DNA from: Octopus sinensis
Lineage: Eukaryota
NCBI RefSeq assembly: GCF_006345805.1
Contig: NW_021829439.1
Location: 1-6,160, forward strand
Reading direction: 5' to 3'
DNA length: 6,160 bases
Part shown: positions 1-6,160 of the stretch, piece by piece
Layout: each line of letters starts with the position of its first letter
Numbering within the stretch: position 1 is the first letter of the stretch
Program-made: the position numbers and the translations under genes
Notes under the pieces: model-generated
Database searches by the model: none
Seen by the model: the letters and a program-made list of their open reading frames with translations, nothing else
What the model was told of the DNA's origin: nothing

Positions 1-208
1 GCTGCCGCTACAACGCTTCATTTTCCCTCTCCCGACCACACAGCCATACAACCGACACGATTCCGCTGTTTATTTCCATGTCAAATTGTTTGCGTTTTTT
101 TTTATATCTTAACCTGTACCCTTCCCCACACAGCATTTGTAGTCTTACAAGTAATAAACGGGAATTAAAACCAACGAGGCGTCAGGCATTTACGTGGTCA
201 CTTGATCT

Positions 209-930
209 GCTAGAAATAGCAGCCAAAGCTTCCTCAAAACACAGCCAACTATCTTATCTATGTAAATATGTATGAGCCAGTGAAGGAGACCTCTACATGG
301 TAGATACACCTGGTAGAAATAGCAGCCAAATCTCTCTCAAATCACAGCCTACTCTCTTATCTATGTATATATGTATGTATGAGCCAATGAGGGAGACCTC
401 TACAATGGTAGCTAGCCTGGTAGAAATAGCACCAAATCTTCCTCAAATCACACCCTACTCTCTATCTATGTATATATGTATGTATGAGCCAATGAGGGAG
501 ACCTCTGCTGGTAGCTAGACCTGGGAGAAATATCAAGCAGCCAAATCTCTCCTCAATCACACATCACACAACCTACTCTCTTATCTATGTATATATGTAT
601 GTATGAGCCAACGAGGGAGACCTCTACATGGTAGCTAGACCTGGTAGAAATTAGCAGCCAAATCTCTCTCAAATCACACCCTACTCTATTATCTATGTAT
701 ATATGTATGTATGAGCCATGAGGGAGACCTCTACATTGTAGCTAGACCTGGTAGAATAGTATCCAAATCTACTCAAACTCACACACAACTGTCTTATCTA
801 TATATATATGTATGTATGAGCCAATGAGGGAGACCTCTACATGTAGCTAGACCTGGTAGAAATAGTAGCCAAATCTACCTCAAATCACACACAACTGTCT
901 TATCTATGTATATATGTATGTATGAGCCAA
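209..930. repeat. Tandem minisatellite, ~107-bp unit, ~6.8 copies (degenerate extension back to ~171)
   Basis: Anchor GAGAC(CTCT) recurs at 286, 393, 498, 617, 724 and 830 (spacings 107, 105, 119, 107, 106). Unit is approximately GAGCCAATGAGGGAGACCTCTACATGGTAGCTAGACCTGGTAGAAATAGCAGCCAAATCTCTCTCAAATCACACCCTACTCTCTTATCTATGTATATATGTATGTAT. Confidence 0.97.
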
Positions 931-1051
931 TATTCAATGCGATTGTCTACGTTATGGGTTCAAATCTTGCCAACGCTAAATTTGCCTTTAATTATTTTGT
1001 GATCAATTAAAACAAAAGCGTCAATCCAAGATGATGGATTGCTGGGAATAT
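928..1051 (+). mobile_element. Degenerate tRNA-SINE body fragment (copy A of a local duplication)
   Basis: B-box-like GGTTCAAATC followed by TTTGCCTTT, resembling the reverse complement of the SINE at 2392-2603. Matches 1928-2051 at 111/124 nt without gaps. Confidence 0.7.
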
Positions 1052-1052
1052 T

Positions 1053-1129
1053 TTGGGTTGGTGCATAATTATTGCGGCTTTTTTTTTTCAACAAATTATA
1101 TTCAACAAAAGCAATAGCAACATGTAACA
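1053..1129 (-). mobile_element. Mariner (Tc1/mariner) terminal inverted repeat plus adjoining 3' non-coding sequence
   Basis: TTGGGTTGGTGCATAATTATTGCGGCTTTT closely resembles the Hsmar1/MADE1-type TIR TTAGGTTGGTGCAAAAGTAATTGCGGTTTT. A TA lies at 1049-1050. The matching transposase C-terminus is at 1825-1893. No partner TIR is in the window. Confidence 0.8.
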
Positions 1130-1809
1130 AAGGACCTAGGTATCTTGGTGGATTCCTCCTTTTCGCCTTCGGCCCAGTGCGTCCATGCTGCCAACAAAGC
1201 ACGCGGAATTCTGTTCTTGATTCGACGGTCATTCGGAATGCTCACAGCAGCCATATTCCTACCACTATGTCACGCTGGTGAGACCCATATTGGAGTATGG
1301 GATTCAAGCCTCTTCTCCTTATCTCCTCAAAGACATACAGGCATCTCGAAAGAGTCCAGAAGCTGGCTACCCGCATGGTTCATGGTCTCAAAAATTTGTC
1401 CTACGAAGAAAGGCTGGGACGCTCGACTTTATTCTCTTGAAAACGCCGCCGCCGTGGTGATCTCATTCTCGGCCCACAACATCATAAGCGGGAAGTGTAA
1501 CCTCTCGAAAGAGCTGTTCTTCACTCCTGCTCCGGAGCGTCGGCTGCAGGGTCATTCCGAAAAGCTCTACCTGCGACGATTTCATCTCAATCGAAGGAGA
1601 AGGAGGCTTTCTCCGTCCGGGTTGCGGATCCGTGGAACAAGCTGCCAGATGAGATGGTGAAGATGCCGACGACCCGCTTTGTTCAAAGCCTCCCTGGACC
1701 TCAAGTGGCCTGAACTCTTTACATGAACACCACTCTGTACTTAACTCCATGTCCCCCTACATGGCCTTGCTAGTTGCTTTTGAGCCAAATTAACTAACTA
1801 ACTAACTAA
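1130..1809 (+). mobile_element. 5'-truncated CR1/L2-group LINE: frameshifted end of ORF2 (RT C-terminal region), 3' UTR and (TAAC)n tail
   Basis: Across frameshifts it reads KDLGILVDSSFSPSAQCVHAANKARGILFLIRRSF...VRPILEYG...HLERVQKLATRMVHGLKNLSYEERL...KRRRRGDLI...GHSEKLY...SVRVADPWNKLPDEMVKMP...FKASLDLKWPELFT* (stop 1724-1726), the typical CR1-group ORF2 end. A UTR hairpin is at 1747-1764 and (TAAC)4TAA at 1791-1809. Confidence 0.93.
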
Positions 1810-1893
1810 AACATCTTCAAATGATTATTCCGGAGCATATTGACCATCTACTTCAATCTCTGCTTCCCATTTGCTTGGCAGACGCTCAGACCA
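1810..1893 (-). pseudogene. Mariner transposase C-terminal remnant and adjoining 3' UTR
   Basis: Minus strand 1887-1825 reads ERLPSKWEAEIEVDGQYAPE* (stop 1825-1827), matching the mariner C-terminal pattern LPxRWxxxxxxDGxY. Orientation agrees with the TIR at 1053. Confidence 0.8.
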
Positions 1894-1904
1894 TCAACCC
1901 AATA

Positions 1905-2051
1905 AGAACGTTCGACCGGATGGCTAGCAATATTAACTGCGATTGTCTACGTTATGGGTTCAAATCTTGCCAACGCTAAATTTGCCTTTAATCATTGTGT
2001 GATCAATTAAAACAAAAGGGCCGATCCATAACAAGGGATTGCTGAGAATAT
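1905..2051 (+). mobile_element. Degenerate tRNA-SINE (copy A', with a longer 5' part than copy A)
   Basis: 1928-2051 is 111/124 identical to 928-1051. Upstream GAACGTTCGACCGGATG resembles the start of the relic at 2617. Confidence 0.7.
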
Positions 2052-2055
2052 AAAA

Positions 2056-2207
2056 CCTATTTCTTTATTATCCACAAGGGGCTAAACACAGAGGGGACAA
2101 ACAAGGACAGACAAAGGGATTAAGTCTTAATTTATCGACTCCGAAAGGATGAAAGGCAAGGTCGACCTCAGCGGATTTGAACTCACAACGTAACGGCAGA
2201 CGACATA
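2056..2207 (-). mobile_element. tRNA-derived SINE, unit 3 of a tandem trimer (lacks A box, 31-nt internal deletion)
   Basis: Near-identical to 2208-2391 but missing GATTACATCGACCATAGTGCGTAACTGGTAC. A B-box-like GAGTTCAAATCC is on the minus strand. Confidence 0.9.
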
Positions 2208-2391
2208 ACTATTTCTTTACTACACGCAAGGGGCTAAACATAGAGGGGACAAACAAGGACAGACAAACGGATTAAGTCGATTACATCGACCATAGTGCGT
2301 AACTGGTACTTAATTTATCGACTCCGAAAGGATGAAAGGCAAAGTCAACCTCGGCGGAAATCGAATTCAGATTGTAACGGCAGACGAAATA
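2208..2391 (-). mobile_element. tRNA-derived SINE, unit 2 of the trimer (lacks A box)
   Basis: 184-nt unit highly similar to 2392-2560, with the same junction position as the neighbouring unit. Confidence 0.9.
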
Positions 2392-2603
2392 CCTATTTCT
2401 TTACTACCCACAAGGGGCTAAACACAGATGGGGCAAACAAGGACAGACAAACGGATTAAGTCGATTACATCGACCCCGGTGCGTAACTGGTACTTAATTT
2501 ATCGACCCCGAAAGGATGAAAGGCAAAGTCGACCTCGGTGGAATTTGAACTCACAACGTAAGCATTTCGCCCGGCGTGCTAACGATTCTGCCAGCTCGCC
2601 GCC
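2392..2603 (-). mobile_element. tRNA-derived SINE, head unit with Pol III A and B boxes (resembles octopus tRNA-SINE families)
   Basis: Minus strand begins GGCGGCGAGCTGGCAGAATCGTTAGC. A-box-like TGGCAGAATCG at 2593-2583 and B box GTTCAAATTCC at 2550-2540. Family assignment is from recall only. Confidence 0.9.
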
Positions 2604-2616
2604 CTTGTTGGGTATA

Positions 2617-2735
2617 TACAACCGTTCGATCGGATGTGTTGCAATATTTAGTACGGATTTTATGTTCTGAGTTCAAACCATTCTGAGGATAAGAATTTGC
2701 TTCTCGTCCCTTGCTCCTTCGTGTGTCGATTAAGA
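2617..2735 (+). mobile_element. Old degenerate SINE relic
   Basis: TGTTCTGAGTTCAAAC B-box region. The 5' part ACCGTTCGATCGGATG...GCAATATT parallels 1905-1935. Confidence 0.55.
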
Positions 2736-2794
2736 ATTATCAATCCAATATGGTGGATTGAAGAAACTGTAATAACGAGGGACAGGATGTCATG

Positions 2795-3027
2795 GGGTAT
2801 TTCTTGCGGTCTTCAGTGGTCCGAGTTCAAATTCAGCTAGGATCAAATAGTACATTTGTCCCATTGTGGGTCGATTAAATAAATACATGTCGTGAGTGGC
2901 GACTGGGAGGAATTGTAAGAACGATGGTCTGCATGCCCTGAAGCATTTCCTACGGTTGCAGTGGTCCAAGTTCAAATCCAGCGAGGATCAAATTTGACTT
3001 TTATCCCATCGTGGGCCAATTAAATAT
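2795..3027 (+). mobile_element. Two old SINE-like units in tandem, 145-bp period
   Basis: 2814-2881 and 2959-3026 align without gaps at 57/68 nt. Each contains AGTTCAAAT (B-box-like). Confidence 0.65.
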
Positions 3028-3028
3028 C

Positions 3029-3030
<2 letters not shown>

Positions 3031-3062
<32 letters not shown>

Positions 3063-3341
3063 GTTGTGGTGATGATGATGTTGATGATGATGATGATGAC
3101 GATGACGATGGTGATGATGATGATGATGGTGGTGGTGGTGATGATGATGATGATGATGATGATGATGACGATGACGATGATGATGGTGATAATGATGACG
3201 ACGATATAATGATAATAATGATGCTGATAATGAAGATGAGTATGATGATTACGATGATGATGATGGTGGTGGTGGTGGTGTGGTGATGATGATGGGGATC
3301 ATAGTGACGATGGTGACGACGACGACGACGACGACGATGAC

Positions 3342-3393
<52 letters not shown>

Positions 3394-3492
3394 GCAGTGA
3401 TGTTGCTGCCGCCAGTGCTGCTGCGGCTGCTGCTGCTGTTGCTGCTACAGATGATGATGTTGATGATGATGATGATGATGCTGATGATGTTC

Positions 3493-3552
<60 letters not shown>

Positions 3553-3674
3553 GCAATGATGTTGGTGATGATGATGATGAAGATGATGATGATTGCAATG
3601 ATGTTGGTGATGATGATGATGAAGATGATGATGATGATGATGATTGCAATGATGTTGGTGATGATGATGACGAC
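3031..3674. repeat. Cryptic trinucleotide microsatellite block (GAT)n with GAC/GGT/GCT variants
   Basis: Directly visible, with several phase breaks between ~3205 and ~3300. Confidence 0.98.
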
Positions 3675-3779
3675 GGTTCCACGGTGTTGGTGAGATTGTT
3701 GATAATCTGGAGTCTTGCTGAGCCGAACTCGGTAGAAAGCTTTAGCCTTTTTAGCTCCGCATCACCGATTCCACAGCAT
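3491..3779 (-). CDS. Candidate terminal coding exon of an unknown protein: CCGIGDAELKRLKLSTEFGSARLQIINNLTNTVEP followed by a Ser-rich tail
   Basis: Unique island of about 50% GC between microsatellites. Acceptor-like TCCCCACAG precedes 3779 on the minus strand. The frame is open from 3778 to TGA at 3493-3491 (95 aa). No transcript evidence and no upstream exon found. Confidence 0.3.
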
Positions 3780-3938
3780 CTGTGGGGATGCGTGCGAATT
3801 TCTCGGTATAAGTGTGTGTGTGTGTGTGGTATTAAAGAAAGTGATTCTCTGTTTGTTCTCTCTCTCTCTTTTTCCCGCTAAGAAATCTTAAGACATGCTT
3901 CATTGGACCAAGAAAATATTGGAGCGAAAAACATTAAA

Positions 3939-3963
3939 ACACGCGCACACACACACACACACA

Positions 3964-4007
<44 letters not shown>

Positions 4008-4349
4008 TACACACACAGGCACGCATATAGACATATACATTATCGCATACAAGTACAGACACACGCATACACATGCACATACACACACACACACACTAGC
4101 AGAAACATACACAAGAAGCAGGGAAACTTACACATATACACACTGATTCAAACACACACATACATGTATACACACATGCAGGCACGTATACATACACACA
4201 GATAGTCATACACCAACACGTTGAAACATAAGAACACACACATACACACATATTTACATACATACACATATACATTATAAATATATATATGTATATATAT
4301 ATATGTTCATATGTATATGTATGCATGTGTGTGTGTGTGTGTGTGTGTG
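3939..4349. repeat. Imperfect (CA)n/(TA)n microsatellite complex ending in (TG)12
   Basis: Directly visible dinucleotide runs; (TG)12 at 4326-4349. Confidence 0.97.
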
Positions 4350-4472
4350 CATATATATGTATATTGAAAGTGGGTGGAGAGAGGGAGAGAGAGAAAGAAA
4401 GAGAGGGGGGAGAAAAAGGGGTGGGCGGAGAAAAAGTTTTTAGATTTTTCGTTAGTGTGTGGGGTGGAGAGA

Positions 4473-4520
4473 GGGGATGGGGCGGGGTGGGTGGGATGAA
4501 TGGTTAGGGTTAGGGTTAGG
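4473..4520 (+). other. G-quadruplex motif followed by short telomere-like repeats
   Basis: GGGGATGGGGCGGGGTGGGTGGG at 4473-4495 (five G-tracts, loops of 1-2 nt). TTAGGG TTAGGG TTAGG at 4504-4520. Confidence 0.6.
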
Positions 4521-4646
4521 TCGAATGTTGTTGCAAGAAAGGGAGTGCTAGGGGAGTGTGGAGGCGCACTGGTAAGATGGATGTGGACTTGGTGGTCGTG
4601 GTTGCTGTGGTGGAAGGTTGGTGCTGTTTCGGGAGGAGGTGGAGAA

Positions 4647-5110
4647 ATAGATAGATACATGTAGATAGATAGATAGATATATTGATAGATAGGTAGATAG
4701 AGAGGGGGAGACAGACAGACAGACATACAGATAGATAGGTAGAGATATAGATAGATATAGATAGATAGATGAATAGTTAGATTGACTGATGGATAGATAT
4801 AAATAAACAAATAGAAAAATAGATAGATAACTAGATAGATAGATATATAGATAGATAGAGAGATAGATAGATTGATATATACAAAGACAGACAGATATAT
4901 AGACAGACAAATAGATAGACTGATAAATAGATGTCTGGAAAGATATATATACACACACATATACATATATATGTATATATATGCATCTATGTATACATAT
5001 ATGTATACGTGCTTGTCTGTGTATCTATCTGTTTATGTATCCATGTATCTATTAATCTATCTACTTATATAGATATCTACCTGCCTTTTTATCTATCCAT
5101 ATCGCTACAT
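4647..5110. repeat. (GATA/GACA)n block, then (TA/TG)n, then a degenerate (TATC)n block
   Basis: Directly visible: GATA at ~4647-4930 and the complementary TATC orientation at ~5016-5100. Confidence 0.95.
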
Positions 5111-5340
5111 GTGTATGTGTGTGTGTGTTTGGCTTTCTTCCCGTGTTTCTAACCGGTGTTGGTTTGTTCATATTCCTCCATTCCCCGGAAATTAGCGGTC
5201 CGGCTAAAGAGACTCATAGGCTTTTAAAATATAAGCACTGGAACAGTCATTCGACTAAGATTGCTCCAAGGCCTTGCTCCAGCATGAGCGCAGTCTAATA
5301 ACTGAAACAAGCGAAAGAATAAAACATAAGATAAAATAAA
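5111..5340 (+). mobile_element. Degenerate 3' half of a microsatellite-containing SINE with an A-rich tail
   Basis: ...TTAGCGGTCCGGC...GCTCCAGCATGAGCGCAGTCTAATAACTGAAACAAG then the tail AAGAATAAAACATAAGATAAAATAAA. It resembles the recalled 3' half of the family whose head starts at 5341. Confidence 0.6.
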
Positions 5341-5504
5341 TGTGTGGCTGTGTGGTAAGAAGCTTGCTTCCCAACCATATGGTTCCAGGTTCAATCCCAG
5401 AGTGTGGTACCTCGGGCAAATGTCTTCTACTATAGCCTCGGGCCGACCAAAGCCTTGAAAGTGAATTTGGGAGATGGACACTGAAAAAGCAGATCGTGTG
5501 TGTA

Positions 5505-5510
<6 letters not shown>
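5341..5510 (+). mobile_element. 5' half of a tRNA-derived CORE-like SINE (octopus OR2-like)
   Basis: A-box-like TGGCTGTGTGG at 5345-5355, B box GGTTCAATCCC at 5388-5398, CORE-like CCTCGGGCAAAT at 5410-5421 (cf. CCTTGGGCAAGT). Runs into a TG/TA microsatellite. Confidence 0.8.

Positions 5511-5568
<58 letters not shown>
5511..5568. repeat. (TA)29 microsatellite
   Basis: Pure TA run. Confidence 0.98.
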
Positions 5569-5570
<2 letters not shown>

Positions 5571-5672
5571 GGAGTAAACACATAAATGTGAAACAAGGTG
5601 GAAAAAAGAGTACTCAAATACCAGTGGTAGAGTAATATGCTTTATTTTAAGCAGCAGAAAATTCAACAAAAT

Positions 5673-5710
5673 CTGTTACTCTGAGTTTCTCGTTGCCGTT
5701 CATCAGACGT
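5673..5710 (-). ncRNA. Minimal type I hammerhead ribozyme motif (core intact, stem I weakened)
   Basis: Minus strand ACGU-CUGAUGA-ACGGCAACGA-GAAA-CUCAGAG-UA^ACAG. Predicted cleavage after GUA, between 5677 and 5676. Stem II has a GCAA tetraloop. Confidence 0.75.
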
Positions 5711-5769
5711 TTTTTTGCTAGAATGGAACATATATATTAATTAATATATATGTTCCATTCTAGCAAAAA

Positions 5770-5806
5770 CTGTCTGATGAACGCAACGAGATACTCAGAG
5801 TAACAG
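5770..5806 (+). ncRNA. Second hammerhead motif (stem I intact, core GAAA changed to GAUA)
   Basis: CUGU-CUGAUGA-ACGCAACGA-GAUA-CUCAGAG-UA^ACAG. CUGU/ACAG forms stem I. T5792 disrupts the core. Confidence 0.65.
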
Positions 5807-5839
5807 ATTTTGTTGAATTTTCTGCTGCTTAAAATAAAG

Positions 5840-5927
<88 letters not shown>

Positions 5928-5938
5928 TGTGTATATAT
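5840..5938. repeat. (TA)11(TG)29 compound microsatellite
   Basis: Directly visible. Confidence 0.98.
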
Positions 5939-6160
5939 GGTAAAATATGAAACATCATTATCGAGTTATAAAAAAGAGAGAGCTAATGGTTACAATTTAA
6001 TTAATTAATTAATTAACATACACCTACAATTGTTTCATTCCTAACTCGATAATAATGTTTGATATTTTACGATATTTTATATAATATATTCATTTAAAAA
6101 ATATCTCTTCAAAATATAATATATTAAACCAGAGCATTTTGGATAAATGTCCCTACAAGA

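Larger units (their letters stand above)
5568..5839 (-). mobile_element. Penelope-like element remnant: pseudo-LTR (minus strand) with an inverted partial copy
   Basis: Inverted repeat 5640-5740 / 5741-5839 with an unpaired 72-nt extension (5568-5639) on one side only. Each arm has a hammerhead motif. AATAAA is on the minus strand at 5646-5641. (TA)n flanks both sides. No RT or GIY-YIG coding sequence is visible. Confidence 0.7.

Noticed and set aside
78-518. ORFs 78-275 and 297-518
   Set aside because: Short ORFs in or overlapping the tandem array, and frames are not kept between units.
209-930. CRISPR-like array
   Set aside because: Whole units repeat with no unique spacers, there are no cas genes, and the context is eukaryotic.
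960-1750. ORFs 960-1232, 1072-1281 and 1463-1750 as independent genes
   Set aside because: They are alternative-frame or antisense shadows of the LINE and mariner fragments.
2540-2603. tRNA gene (also considered for 5341-5400)
   Set aside because: A and B boxes are present, but there is no cloverleaf or acceptor stem and the sequence continues into a SINE body.
2428-2975. ORFs 2428-2670 and 2790-2975
   Set aside because: They lie within SINE sequence and have no protein-like features.
3011-3693. Poly-Asp, poly-Met and poly-Ile ORFs (e.g. an acidic biomineralisation protein)
   Set aside because: These are translations of (GAT)n with phase breaks. No signal peptide or convincing splice context is present.
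4504-4520. True telomere or chromosome end
   Set aside because: Fewer than three full repeats, and internal to the window.
4647-5100. Large inverted repeat from the GATA and TATC blocks
   Set aside because: Only low-complexity complementarity, with no unique-sequence arm match.
3895-5152. HT-, CV- and IYLS-repeat ORFs
   Set aside because: Microsatellite translation artefacts.
5224-5958. Minus-strand ORFs over the SINE, (TA)n and palindrome
   Set aside because: They are composed of repeat sequence (YI/HT runs), with no RT or GIY-YIG motifs.
5996-6017. (TTAA)n run as a piggyBac target signature
   Set aside because: A simple AT-rich microsatellite with no adjacent TIRs.

Overview
Eukaryotic, repeat-saturated DNA, not prokaryotic. 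The SINE families resemble those I recall from Octopus genomes; that assignment is from memory and was not searched. No complete gene is present. In order: a ~107-bp tandem array (209-930); a SINE-derived 124-bp segment duplicated at an offset of 1000 bp; a mariner 3' end interrupted by a 5'-truncated CR1/L2-group LINE; a head-to-tail tRNA-SINE trimer; older SINE relics; a ~640-bp cryptic (GAT)n block; one candidate minus-strand exon; long CA/GATA/TA microsatellites; and two halves of a CORE-like SINE. The strongest signal is at 5568-5839: a ~200-bp zero-spacer palindrome embedded in (TA)n. Each arm carries a minimal type I hammerhead ribozyme motif with a self-complementary stem III, the architecture known from inverted pseudo-LTRs of Penelope-like retroelements. 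Almost all ORF-track entries are microsatellite or repeat artefacts.
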